A stretch of DNA of 64,000 nt from an uncultured bacterium (GTDB taxonomy: Bacteria; Caldisericota; Caldisericia; JAAYUI01). The notes beneath the pieces were generated by a model. The model was not told the DNA's origin. It was given only the letters and a program-made list of their open reading frames with translations, and made no database searches. This document shows positions 43,691 through 52,915 of this stretch, piece by piece (positions within the stretch are counted from its first letter, which is position 1; each line of letters starts with the position of its first letter). The translations under genes and the position numbers were made by a program. The stretch spans positions 846 through 64,845 of the forward strand of contig CBDUSO010000006.1 of assembly GCA_965370295.1 (NCBI GenBank), given 5' to 3'.

Positions 43691-44093
43691 CGATAATACC
43701 CTCTTTGCTTTCTTCCAATATTGATTCAGTTCGTCTGACCTCAACAAGTGTTTGATCTATAACCTTTTTAATAAAATCAACTGCCTGAATTTTCATTTGC
43801 TCAACTTTTTCCTGGGCTTCATCCAGTATCTCTCGTGATTTTTTTTCAGCTTGAGCGGAGGCATCTGTCGAAAGTTTTATTGACTCAGCTTCATCGTTTG
43901 CCTTTTTGATTATCGCTTCTCTCCGCTTGATAACCTCTGAAGCATCCTCAAATTCAATTGGAAAATTTACGATTACTCTGTCCAGGATTTCTGTTATCTT
44001 TTTTTGAGGGATCATTACAGTTTCGGAGAATGCAGATTTTCTGGCATTCAATATCAAGCCTCTCAACTCTTCTAAATCCTTTATTACTCCCAC
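43677..44093 (-). CDS. Hypothetical coiled-coil protein (possibly DivIVA/ATP-synthase-b-like)
   Basis: 138 aa, predicted mostly alpha-helical and E/K-rich (AIIKKANDEAESIKLSTDASAQAEKKSREILDEAQEKVEQMK). No firm family assignment. Confidence 0.35.
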   Translation of the reverse strand: MGVIKDLEELRGLILNARKSAFSETVMIPQKKITEILDRVIVNFPIEFEDASEVIKRREAIIKKANDEAESIKLSTDASAQAEKKSREILDEAQEKVEQMKIQAVDFIKKVIDQTLVEVRRTESILEESKEGIIDADI

Positions 44094-44587
44094 TTCTTTC
44101 CCTCCTTGAATTTGTTTATCACTTCAACTGGAACGAATGGTGAAATATCACCTCCACCTCGTGCAACCTGCTTTACAAGTGTTGAGGAAATATATCCATA
44201 CTGGGGTTCCGCCATCAAGAATATTGTTTCAATATCCTTGTCAACAAGTGCATTCGTGGTTGCCATTTTGTATTCATACTCAAAATCTGAAACAGTTCTC
44301 AGACCCCTCAAAATAACTCTTGTTTCAAGCTCTTTCGCCAGGGTGACGAGTAAACCAGTGAACCTTATTACCTCAATAGATTTATTGCCATGGTAGATTT
44401 CTTGGAATAATTTGACTCTCTGGTCAGAAGAAAAGAGTGGATTTTTGTTTGAAGATTCAGCAACAGCAATGATTACTTTGTCAAAAATTCTGTTTGCTCG
44501 ATTGATTATCGAAAGATGTCCAAGTGTTGGGGGATCAAACGTCCCCGGGTACAACACTTTCGTAGAAACAAAGTTTTGTTCTTCCAT
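44084..44587 (-). CDS. coaD: Phosphopantetheine adenylyltransferase
   Basis: 167 aa with YPGTFDPPTLGHLSII (the HxGH nucleotidyltransferase motif) and ISSTLVKQV. Confidence 0.85.
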   Translation of the reverse strand: MEEQNFVSTKVLYPGTFDPPTLGHLSIINRANRIFDKVIIAVAESSNKNPLFSSDQRVKLFQEIYHGNKSIEVIRFTGLLVTLAKELETRVILRGLRTVSDFEYEYKMATTNALVDKDIETIFLMAEPQYGYISSTLVKQVARGGGDISPFVPVEVINKFKEGKKWE

Positions 44588-45128
44588 ACTTTTTGGTCTT
44601 TGTTCTCCTTAAGCTGAGAATATCATCAGGATACTCCATATCACAGGCAACTTCAACAACAAGAAAACCAAACTCTGTCAGGCAGTTTATCCCATTTTCA
44701 ATAATACTCAAAAATTCTGAAAACTTCATGGCGTATGGGGCATCTGCAAATATTATGTCAAACTTGAGTCCATCTCGATTTGCTCGATTAAGAAACCTTC
44801 CAGCTTCCATTCTTTTGATTTCTACAAGATGCTCAACATTGAATGCTTTCACAGCCATTGAACAAGATTTTATTGAGGGCAAGCTCATATCAACAAGCCA
44901 AACTTTTTTTGCTCCCCTTGAGATGGCTTCGATTCCATTTGCACCAGTTCCTGCAAACAAATCCAGAAATATCTTTCCTTTGATGTCTGGACCAATAATA
45001 TCAAAAAGTGCTTCTCTTACAATATCTTTTGTGGGTCTACCTGTAAAATCGGGGGAGATTTGAATTCGTCTTCCCTTGAATATTCCTGATATTATTCTTA
45101 CTGAATTTGATTTTTTTTTACGGATCAT
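44535..45128 (-). CDS. rsmD: 16S rRNA (guanine966-N2)-methyltransferase RsmD
   Basis: 197 aa with RIISGIFKGRRI, PTKDIVREALFDII, the SAM motif DLFAGTGANGIEAISRGA, and DPPY-like FADAPY. Confidence 0.8.
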   Translation of the reverse strand: MIRKKKSNSVRIISGIFKGRRIQISPDFTGRPTKDIVREALFDIIGPDIKGKIFLDLFAGTGANGIEAISRGAKKVWLVDMSLPSIKSCSMAVKAFNVEHLVEIKRMEAGRFLNRANRDGLKFDIIFADAPYAMKFSEFLSIIENGINCLTEFGFLVVEVACDMEYPDDILSLRRTKTKKYGRTKLCFYESVVPGDV

Positions 45129-45340
45129 GTCAAGGTGATGGTGGAGACGAAGCGATTTTTAACGCTCGACCTCCTCGGTGCCAATTATGAAATGTGTTTT
45201 TCATTTTATAGCTTTTGATTATTCAAGGTGTCAAGGTGATGGTGGAGACGAAGCGATTTTTAACGCTCGACCTCCTCGGTGCCAATTATGAAATGTGTTT
45301 TTCATTTTATAGCTTTTGATTATTCAAGGTGTCAAGGTGA
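45129..45340. repeat. Tandem direct repeat: two perfect 101-bp copies, each containing the 3' 45 nt of tRNA-Ala(TGC)
   Basis: Unit 1 (45129..45229) is identical to unit 2 (45230..45330), and a third unit begins at 45331 and runs into the genuine tRNA. In the repeats the tRNA T-loop TTCGAAC reads TTTTTAAC, so the fragments are pseudo-tRNA 3' ends. Confidence 0.7.
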
Positions 45341-45416
45341 TGGTGGAGACGAAGCGATTCGAACGCTCGACCTCCTCGGTGCAAGCGAGGCGCTCTGCCA
45401 GCTGAGCTACGTCCCC
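45341..45416 (-). tRNA. tRNA-Ala (anticodon TGC)
   Basis: 76 nt with a cloverleaf. The G3:U70 identity pair is present, the anticodon loop is CTTGCAC, the T-loop is GTTCGAATC, and CCA is encoded. Confidence 0.9.
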
Positions 45417-45430
45417 AAACCAGGCATGTA

Positions 45431-45507
45431 TGGTGGGCCTCAATGGACTCGAACCATTGACCTCATCCTTATCAGGGATGCGCTCTAACCAGCTGAGCTA
45501 GAGGCCC
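45431..45507 (-). tRNA. tRNA-Ile (anticodon GAT)
   Basis: 77 nt. Acceptor stem GGGCCTC/GAGGCCC, anticodon loop CTGATAA, T-loop GGTTCGAGTCC, and CCA encoded. Confidence 0.9.
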
Positions 45508-45520
45508 TTCACGAGCAACT

Positions 45521-45548
45521 AATATAACAAGTGTGCTTACACTGTCAA
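45521..45548 (-). promoter_or_regulatory. Candidate sigma-70 promoter for the tRNA-Ile/tRNA-Ala(TGC) transcript
   Basis: On the minus strand TTGACA-16 nt-TATATT sits about 12 nt before the tRNA-Ile 5' end. Its -35 is the reverse complement of the -35 of the divergent tRNA-Ala(GGC) promoter, forming a 10-bp inverted repeat ACTGTCAAGG/CCTTGACAGT. Confidence 0.4.
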
Positions 45549-45566
45549 GGAATAGAACTGAAACCC

Positions 45567-45594
45567 TTGACAGTTTGACTTCAAAATGTAACAT
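45567..45594 (+). promoter_or_regulatory. Candidate sigma-70 promoter for tRNA-Ala(GGC)
   Basis: TTGACA-16 nt-TAACAT, 10 nt upstream of the tRNA 5' end. Confidence 0.4.
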
Positions 45595-45604
45595 AACTTG
45601 TCGT

Positions 45605-45680
45605 GGGCCTGTGGCGCAGCTGGCAGCGCGTCTGCATGGCATGCAGAAGGTCAGGGGTTCGAATCCCCTCAGGTCCACCA
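45605..45680 (+). tRNA. tRNA-Ala (anticodon GGC)
   Basis: 76 nt with G3:U70, anticodon loop ATGGCAT, T-stem AGGGG/CCCCT, and CCA encoded. Confidence 0.9.
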
Positions 45681-45803
45681 GTTTCCTTCCCGGCTACACC
45701 ATAAAATTCTAAAAGTATTCCTTTTTTTAAAGATATGCTACATTCAGTAACAATAACATGATTGGTAATACATTTCATTCGAATTTATTTCCCTATCAAT
45801 CAC

Positions 45804-45831
45804 TTGCCAAATCAAATATTTTCAATATGAT
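45804..45831 (+). promoter_or_regulatory. Candidate sigma-70 promoter for leuS
   Basis: TTGCCA-16 nt-TATGAT, about 30 nt upstream of the leuS ATG. An SD AAGGAAG is present. Confidence 0.4.
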
Positions 45832-45864
45832 TAATCAAATCGAAACCCGTAAGGAAGTGTCCAA

Positions 45865-48309
45865 ATGAGCAAATATGATTTTGATGCAATAGAGCATAAA
45901 TGGCAGAAAAAGTGGGATGATGTTGATCTGTACAAAACTGGTGAAGACACATCAAAAAAATCCATGTACTGCCTGGATTATTTTCCATACCCATCTGGTG
46001 CAGGTCTCTCTGTCGGGCATTGCAAAAATTATGTACCAACCGATACTTTTTCAAGATATTTCCGGATGAAGGGTTTCAATGTTTTGCACCCGACCGGATG
46101 GGATGCCTTCGGTTTGCCAGCAGAAAACTATGCCATCAAAATGGGCGTTCACCCAGAAGAAACCACAAGAGTAAACACCGAAAATTACAAACGTCAAATG
46201 CGACTCATCGGCACAACCTACGACTGGAATCGAGAAATAAATTCATCCAGTCCAGAATACTACAAATGGACACAGTGGTTTTTCCTGTTGCTCTTTGAGC
46301 GTGGACTTGCATATCAGGATTTCGGCTCTCAGTGGTGGTGTGATGATTGCAAAACCGTTCTTGCCAACGAACAGGTTGAAGATGGCAAATGCTGGCGTTG
46401 TGGACACGAAGCCCGCAAAAAAGATCTCAAACAATGGTTTTTCAAAATCACAGACTACGCTGACAGATTGATAGATGACCTGGAAAATGTTGACTGGCCA
46501 GAACCCATCAAAATCATGCAGAGAAACTGGATAAATCGTTCACATGGTGCAAAGGCAATTTTCACGGCTGAAACTGGCGATGAAATTGAAATCTTCACAA
46601 CTCGTCCTGACACATTGTTTGGAGCAACCTACATGGTTTTAGCTCCTGAACACAAACTCGTTCCAAAGCTCACAAAACCAGACAAGAAAAAAGAAATCGA
46701 AGAATATATCAGACAAAGCACAAAAGCATCCGAGGTTGAACGCCTCTCAACCGACAAAGAAAAAACAGGAATCTTCACAGGTTCGTATGCAACAAACCCC
46801 GTAAACGGAGAAAAAATTCCAATCTGGATTGGTGATTATGTTTTGGCTACATACGGAACTGGTGCAATAATGTGTGTTCCTGCACATGATGTGAGGGATT
46901 TTGCTTTTGCCATAAAATACAAACTCCCAATCATTGAAGTAATCTCACCAGACGGAAACGAACACAAACTTGAAGAAGCTTACACAGAACCCGGAACCGT
47001 CATCAACTCAGCAGAGTACAACGGATTAAAATCCGAAGAATTCAAAAAAGTCATAACTGAATGGTTGGAAAAAAATAAAAAGGGTAACACTGACATAAAC
47101 TACAAAATGAGGGACTGGTTGATCAGTAGACAGCGATACTGGGGTGCCCCAATTCCAATTATTCACTGTGAAAAATGCGGTGCTGTTCCTGTTCCAAAGG
47201 ATGAACTTCCTGTCAAGCTCCCTCATGTTCACAATTTTGAACCTGCTGGTGATGGAAAATCACCACTTGCCAGAGTTGACGAATTTGTAAACACAACCTG
47301 TCCAAAATGTGGCGGAAAAGCAAAACGTGAAACCGACACAATGGACGGATTTGACTGCTCTTCCTGGTACTTTTTGAGATATACAAGCCCCCACGAAACA
47401 GACAGACCATTTGACCCTGAAAAAGTTGATTACTGGTTGCCGGTTGATGTTTATGTTGGTGGAGCAGAGCATGCGGTCATGCACCTTATTTATGCTCGCT
47501 TCTGGACAAAAGTGATGTTTGATGCAGGTCTTGTTAAGTTCTCCGAACCCTTCACAAAACTTCTAAACCAGGGAATGCTTCTTGGAAGCGACCACCAAAA
47601 AATGAGCAAATCAAAAGGGAACGTGGTAACTCCAGATTCAATGGTAAAACTATACGGAGCAGACGCACTCCGTGGATATATTCTGTTTATGGGACCATTT
47701 GAGGGTGAGGTCATATGGGAAGAGAAGGGATGTGCCGGTGTCCATAGGTTCCTTGGAAGACTCTGGGAAATGGTCACCGAGAATAAATACGGTGATTCTG
47801 AAATTCCCGATGAAACAGAAACTGAACTTAGAAGGCTCCAACACAAATTAATCCTGAAGGTGACATCTGACATCGAAAATTTCAGATTCAATACGTCCGT
47901 ATCGTCTTTCATGGAGACCTACAACAATCTGTCAAAATATATGGACAACCCAACCGTAACCGGCTCAAAGATTTGGAAAGAAGTAATCGAATCGTATCTG
48001 ATTCTTCTTGCTCCAATCTGCCCGTATATCACAGAGGAAATGTGGGGGAAGCTTGGCAATTCAGAATCCATTCATCTGCAATCCTGGCCGGTTGGTGATG
48101 AAAAACTGGCAATCGATCAATCTGTCAAAATCCCAATTCAGGTTAATGGAAAACTTCGTGATATGATAATCGTTCCAGTCGGAACACCTGAAGAAAAGCT
48201 AAGGGAACTCGCACTTGCCTCCGAAAAAGTCCAGCGATACATCGGAGACAAGAAGGTTATCAAAGTGATAATTCCCAGAGGAAAACTCGTCAGCATAGTT
48301 GTAAAGTAG
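45865..48309 (+). CDS. leuS: Leucyl-tRNA synthetase
   Basis: 814 aa with the HIGH-type motif region (PYPSGAGLSVGHCKNY) and KMSKS (KMSKSKGNVV). The editing and anticodon-binding domains are typical. Confidence 0.95.
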   Translation: MSKYDFDAIEHKWQKKWDDVDLYKTGEDTSKKSMYCLDYFPYPSGAGLSVGHCKNYVPTDTFSRYFRMKGFNVLHPTGWDAFGLPAENYAIKMGVHPEETTRVNTENYKRQMRLIGTTYDWNREINSSSPEYYKWTQWFFLLLFERGLAYQDFGSQWWCDDCKTVLANEQVEDGKCWRCGHEARKKDLKQWFFKITDYADRLIDDLENVDWPEPIKIMQRNWINRSHGAKAIFTAETGDEIEIFTTRPDTLFGATYMVLAPEHKLVPKLTKPDKKKEIEEYIRQSTKASEVERLSTDKEKTGIFTGSYATNPVNGEKIPIWIGDYVLATYGTGAIMCVPAHDVRDFAFAIKYKLPIIEVISPDGNEHKLEEAYTEPGTVINSAEYNGLKSEEFKKVITEWLEKNKKGNTDINYKMRDWLISRQRYWGAPIPIIHCEKCGAVPVPKDELPVKLPHVHNFEPAGDGKSPLARVDEFVNTTCPKCGGKAKRETDTMDGFDCSSWYFLRYTSPHETDRPFDPEKVDYWLPVDVYVGGAEHAVMHLIYARFWTKVMFDAGLVKFSEPFTKLLNQGMLLGSDHQKMSKSKGNVVTPDSMVKLYGADALRGYILFMGPFEGEVIWEEKGCAGVHRFLGRLWEMVTENKYGDSEIPDETETELRRLQHKLILKVTSDIENFRFNTSVSSFMETYNNLSKYMDNPTVTGSKIWKEVIESYLILLAPICPYITEEMWGKLGNSESIHLQSWPVGDEKLAIDQSVKIPIQVNGKLRDMIIVPVGTPEEKLRELALASEKVQRYIGDKKVIKVIIPRGKLVSIVVK

Positions 48310-48322
48310 AGGAAGGTTAGTC

Positions 48323-49585
48323 ATGAGTATAGTGAAGAGAAGCATAATTGGATTCGTCGTTCTTCTCCTGATAATGATGCCAATATCAACACCATCTGTG
48401 GTTAAGTCCAAAGAAATTGATACCAGTTTCAGAATTGAAAGCTATTCTTCATCGCCCTTAGTTATAGATTTGGATTCTGTGGATGATTATAAAATCATGT
48501 CGGTAAACTCAAGAACTGCTCCATTTGTCAGTCTTGATCTTGAAAAGATTCGAGAAAAGATGTTTGCCACAATAAACGAGCAGAGAGAAAATAACGGATT
48601 AGAAGAGCTAATATATGACAACAAGTTGGAATTTGTTTCCCAGCGACATGCAGAATATATGACTGAAAATTACTTAAATAATAATGATGGCAGTAATCGT
48701 AACCCCGGTAGAAGATTGGAGGCTGAAGGAATCAGATGGTGGGCAATCGGTGAAAACATTGGTAGGATGCATTCTTCTACAAATATTATAGAAATTCTCA
48801 ACAAACAGCAATGGACATATGACAATTTTAGCAGTAAGGAAGTCAAAAATCGGCTAGATCCAGATTTCACAAATATTGGTATTGGTCTTGCGATAAACGA
48901 AGAAAAACAGAAACTCTACTTTTGTGTTGACTACTATACACCCTACACCAACCAGGAAGCTAGAAAAAGACCGTATGCTGAACTAATTTCTGAAGGGGTG
49001 ACCGGCTGGGAAGATGAGGAAAAAGAAATTTCATACGCCTGTTTTTCTTTCAGAAACACTGGCAATACAAATCTGACAAATATTCAAGTTGAGATAAATC
49101 TTACAAATCTGAATGATGGTGAAGACATTATTGCAACTGGGACAATAGATTTTCAAGGGATTCTAACTCCTGGTCAAATCGTTACTACTTCTTACCAAAC
49201 CCAACCTGGTGCAGTTAACGAAGAAACCGATTACATTCACTATTACACAATAAACTCATTCGAAATTGCCGAAAAACAAAAACCAGAACACTATTTTTCA
49301 AAAATATTCACATTGTCGTATGATGAAAATAATGATGTTATTCTTGATGCCAGATTGATAAATACTGGTGACAAAACATTTTCATTCCACTGTTATGCTA
49401 CATATTTTATCCCGCTTGGTGGCGGGTTTATTACTCCTGTTGGCAAGAGTGAAACAGTTTCCAAATTCTCAATTCTTCCAAATACAGGCAGAGATATTCG
49501 TGTCAGTATAGGGACAATGGTCGACCCAAAACGCAAGGATAAAATCAGCAGGATCGAGATTACTTATTGGTTTGTTGAAGAATAA
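48323..49585 (+). CDS. Secreted CAP-domain (SCP/PR-1-like) protein with C-terminal beta-rich extension
   Basis: Signal peptide. The CAP-like core is LNNNDGSNRNPGRRLEAEGIRWWAIGENIGRMHSS. Confidence 0.55.
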   Translation: MSIVKRSIIGFVVLLLIMMPISTPSVVKSKEIDTSFRIESYSSSPLVIDLDSVDDYKIMSVNSRTAPFVSLDLEKIREKMFATINEQRENNGLEELIYDNKLEFVSQRHAEYMTENYLNNNDGSNRNPGRRLEAEGIRWWAIGENIGRMHSSTNIIEILNKQQWTYDNFSSKEVKNRLDPDFTNIGIGLAINEEKQKLYFCVDYYTPYTNQEARKRPYAELISEGVTGWEDEEKEISYACFSFRNTGNTNLTNIQVEINLTNLNDGEDIIATGTIDFQGILTPGQIVTTSYQTQPGAVNEETDYIHYYTINSFEIAEKQKPEHYFSKIFTLSYDENNDVILDARLINTGDKTFSFHCYATYFIPLGGGFITPVGKSETVSKFSILPNTGRDIRVSIGTMVDPKRKDKISRIEITYWFVEE

Positions 49586-49656
49586 CTAAGGAAAAATTAA
49601 TCATCCCCCCGTCTCTTTGCAATGCTGGATTTACATTCGAAGCGTGCAACCCCCCA

Positions 49657-49810
49657 CGTCATTCCGCACTTGATGCGAAATCCACGGGATAATAAAATCA
49701 CATTCAAAACAGGAAAAGAACAATCATCCAACCAGTCAGAATCATTGTTTTACAAAAATATTCACACATATTTCAAGAACCCTGGATTCCTGGTCAAGCC
49801 AGGAATGACG
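49657..49810. repeat. MITE-like palindromic repeat element, copy B (about 154 bp)
   Basis: CGTCATTCCGCACTTGATGCGAAATCCACGGG ... CCCTGGATTCCTGGTCAAGCCAGGAATGACG. It shares the termini and internal blocks (ATAAAATCACAT, AAATATTCAC) with copy A at 12648..12797. Confidence 0.5.
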
Positions 49811-49888
49811 TAGGGTTATTCTGAACTTGACTTAAGAATCTCAGGATTAAAATTCATCATCGCTAAACAAGCTATTGATTTATCGAAT

Positions 49889-50923
49889 TTAGGCACTATG
49901 CCTGAAGTTGATAATATCTCCGTCAACCACAACATACTCTTTTCCCTCAAGTCGAAGTTTTCCCTGGGTGCGTGCTTCTTTGAGTGAGTTATCACATTTT
50001 TTAAAATCTTCATAGGAGCAGACCTCTGCTCGGATGAATTGTTTTGCAATATCTGAGTGAACTTTTCCAGCGGAAATCACGGCTGAATCACCCTTCTTGA
50101 TTGTCCATGCACGACATTCATCTTCGCCTACTGTAAAAAATACTTGCAAGCCCAACAGGTCAAAAATTTCCTGGATAACTTTTCCGGAGGCTGTTTCTTT
50201 TATTCCATATTCTTCCATGAATACTGCTTTGTCCTCATCATCGAGTTGGGTGATTTCTGCTTCAACCTCCCCGCAAAATTTGACATATCCAATTCCCATC
50301 TCATCAAGGACTTTAGTAATTTCCAGGGTTTCACTGGATAGTTCTCCACCAATCTCACCCTCTGAAATATTCAAAACGACAAACATTGGAAATCTGGTGT
50401 AGAGTTCCATTCCAGCAAGAGACCTTGTTTCAGAAACACTCAGCTCAATATCCCGAATGTATTTTCCATCTTCAAGTTCCTTGTGTAACTTGTGCAACAA
50501 GTCGAGTGATGGCCCGACATATTTTGGGTCAACCTTTATTTTATTTTCTTTCTTGAGCATTTTTTCAATCGATTCGATATCGCTCAACAGAATCAAATCA
50601 AAAATATCTTCGAGTTCCTTTTTCGCACCCGCACGGAAGCAGGCGGACACAACAAGGAGTGCAGAAACAGTTTTTATGAAATTCAAAAATCCCTGGTCAG
50701 CACCACCTTTTCTTGTTGGTTTTGGTGGAGGGGCATCGATAAAATTTATTGTGGTGTTTATCTGTTTTTTTGGATTGAAGATTGAGGTTAGATAATCGAG
50801 TCTCTCATCGGGAACCCTCACAACCGCACGTTTCCCCTGCTCATATCCTGGATCAATTCCTGTAATTGCCGTGAACAATGTTGACTTGCCACACCTTGGT
50901 GAACCAATGATTCCTATATCCAT
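49889..50923 (-). CDS. ychF: Ribosome-binding ATPase YchF (Obg-like ATPase)
   Basis: 344 aa with the P-loop GIIGSPRCGKSTLF, a coiled insertion and a C-terminal TGS-like domain. Confidence 0.85.
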   Translation of the reverse strand: MDIGIIGSPRCGKSTLFTAITGIDPGYEQGKRAVVRVPDERLDYLTSIFNPKKQINTTINFIDAPPPKPTRKGGADQGFLNFIKTVSALLVVSACFRAGAKKELEDIFDLILLSDIESIEKMLKKENKIKVDPKYVGPSLDLLHKLHKELEDGKYIRDIELSVSETRSLAGMELYTRFPMFVVLNISEGEIGGELSSETLEITKVLDEMGIGYVKFCGEVEAEITQLDDEDKAVFMEEYGIKETASGKVIQEIFDLLGLQVFFTVGEDECRAWTIKKGDSAVISAGKVHSDIAKQFIRAEVCSYEDFKKCDNSLKEARTQGKLRLEGKEYVVVDGDIINFRHSA

Positions 50924-50924
50924 T

Positions 50925-51794
50925 TTAAATTATCTCCTTGAGTAAAACCGGTACATCCCAGGGAAGCAAAGCAACCCTGGCACCAGCTGATTTTAATGTA
51001 TCAATTTTTTCGTTTGCACTCATACCTTTGCCAGAAATTATTGCACCGGCATGACCCATCCTCTTCTCGGGTGGAGAATTTCTTCCAGCAATAAAAGCAA
51101 CAATCGGTTTTTTAATTATTCCAGATTTTACGAGTTCTGCAACTCTCTGTTCTTCACTACCACCAATCTCACCAACCATCACGATTGCAGAGGTTTCATC
51201 ATCATTCTCAAACAATGTTACAACTTCAGATAAACTTGTTCCCACAATCTGATCGCCACCAACTCCAATTGCCGTTGAGATTCCAAATCCTGATTTTGTA
51301 ATATCAGATGCAATCTGGTAGGTGAGGGTTCCCGATCTCGAAACAAGCCCAATACTACCTTTTTTCATAATTGTTGGTGGAATTATTCCAGCTAATATTT
51401 TATCAGGAACAAGCAATCCCGGGGTATTTGGACCAACAATTCTTGTTCCATTCTTTTTGGCTTTTTCAAACAATTTAATCATATCGTGGATAGGAACACC
51501 TTCGGTGATAACGATGATGGTTTTTATTCCCCCAGAGATTGCCTCGTCAACAGCCGATGGTGCATATTTTCCTGGAACAAAAATTACAGAGGTGTTTGCA
51601 CCTGTTTCTGAAACAGCCGACTTTACAGAATCAAACACTGGCAACCCGTGAACGGCTAAACCACCTTTTCCAGGGGTCACACCACCAACAACTTTCCCAG
51701 AAAAATCACTCATCCTCTTGGCATGAAAAGAACCATCTCTACCCGTGATTCCCTGAACAATTATCTTTGTACTGTTATCTAAAATAATGCTCAT
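50925..51794 (-). CDS. sucD: Succinyl-CoA synthetase alpha subunit
   Basis: 289 aa with CoA-binding N-terminus (VQGITGRDGSFH) and the phosphohistidine loop GHAGAIISG. Confidence 0.9.
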   Translation of the reverse strand: MSIILDNSTKIIVQGITGRDGSFHAKRMSDFSGKVVGGVTPGKGGLAVHGLPVFDSVKSAVSETGANTSVIFVPGKYAPSAVDEAISGGIKTIIVITEGVPIHDMIKLFEKAKKNGTRIVGPNTPGLLVPDKILAGIIPPTIMKKGSIGLVSRSGTLTYQIASDITKSGFGISTAIGVGGDQIVGTSLSEVVTLFENDDETSAIVMVGEIGGSEEQRVAELVKSGIIKKPIVAFIAGRNSPPEKRMGHAGAIISGKGMSANEKIDTLKSAGARVALLPWDVPVLLKEII

Positions 51795-52915
51795 TTTGAA
51801 ACCTCTGTCAGGTGTTCAAGAGCGAGCTTCATCGATGAGAAGCAAGTTATATTGTTTTGTTTCAGAATTTCTCGTGCTTCATGTGATGCAGTTCCAGAGA
51901 GATGAACAACAATTTTTAAATTGGAATTTGTTTTTTTCATTGCTGTCATCAATCCTTCAGCAATATCGGTACACCTTGTTATCCCACCAAAAATATTTAT
52001 CAGAATTGCTCTGATATTTTGAGAACTGGTTATCAATTCGATTGCATTAACCATCTTTTGAGGCGATGATGAACCACCGACATCAAGAAGATTTGCAGGT
52101 TTCATCCCATGTTCAGCAATTGCATCAACGGTTGCCATTGCAAGCCCTGCACCATTGACGATACAGCCAACATCCCCGTCCAGTTGCACATAAGATAAAC
52201 CCTCTTCTTTGGCTCTTTTTTCAATTTCTGTAGAATCAACTGTCAGGTTTATTTTCAGCTCACTAAGACAATCTGTTGAATAATCATCCACTTTCACTTT
52301 CGCATCAACCGCAATAAGTTTTCCGTTGTCGTCAATTGCAAGGGGGTTTATTTCAATCAGTGTCGCATGATATTTCCAAAATCCATCCATCAAACCTTCA
52401 ATTATTTTTTTTAGTGGTTCAAATAAGCCGGAGGGTAACTCCAAAAAATCTGAAATATTTTTGATTTCCTGGGTATTCAAGCCATCAATAAGCGAAACAG
52501 GAGTTTTCAAGATTGCCTCTGGGTGACTCGTAGCAATCTCCTCAATGTCACTACCACCAAATTTTGATGCGATAACCACTGGGGTTTTTTGAAATATGTC
52601 CAATAATATTGACAAATATATTTCCCTACTAATTTCAACAGCAGGAGCAACAAGACATTGTTTCACTTGAATTCCATGAACCTTTTTTGCAAATAATTCT
52701 TTTGCGGTAGCTTCAACTCCGTTTGGAAAACAGAGCTTTACGCCACCCGCTTTTCCTCTTGAGCCAGAGCCAACTTCAACCTTAACAACAATCCGGGATT
52801 TAATTTTTTTTGATACCTCAACAGCTTCACCAACAGACGAAACAAGGTACGCTGGATAAACAGGAATTCCAAGGTCTGCTAAAATTTTTCTGGAGTCAAC
52901 TTCTGTCAGGTTCAT
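51791..52915 (-). CDS. sucC: Succinyl-CoA synthetase beta subunit
   Basis: 374 aa with an ATP-grasp N-terminus and C-terminal VNGAGLAMATVD ... NIFGGITRC. Overlaps sucD by 4 nt. Confidence 0.9.
   Translation of the reverse strand: MNLTEVDSRKILADLGIPVYPAYLVSSVGEAVEVSKKIKSRIVVKVEVGSGSRGKAGGVKLCFPNGVEATAKELFAKKVHGIQVKQCLVAPAVEISREIYLSILLDIFQKTPVVIASKFGGSDIEEIATSHPEAILKTPVSLIDGLNTQEIKNISDFLELPSGLFEPLKKIIEGLMDGFWKYHATLIEINPLAIDDNGKLIAVDAKVKVDDYSTDCLSELKINLTVDSTEIEKRAKEEGLSYVQLDGDVGCIVNGAGLAMATVDAIAEHGMKPANLLDVGGSSSPQKMVNAIELITSSQNIRAILINIFGGITRCTDIAEGLMTAMKKTNSNLKIVVHLSGTASHEAREILKQNNITCFSSMKLALEHLTEVSK

Noticed and set aside
45129-45340. Possible CRISPR array
   Set aside because: The repeats are 101 bp, identical and directly abutting with no unique spacers between them. 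Their content is a tRNA 3' fragment. No cas genes are present.
45300-45900. Expected 16S/23S rRNA genes flanking the tRNA-Ile/tRNA-Ala pair
   Set aside because: The flanks are rsmD/coaD and leuS coding sequence with good protein motifs. No rRNA-like sequence is present in the window.
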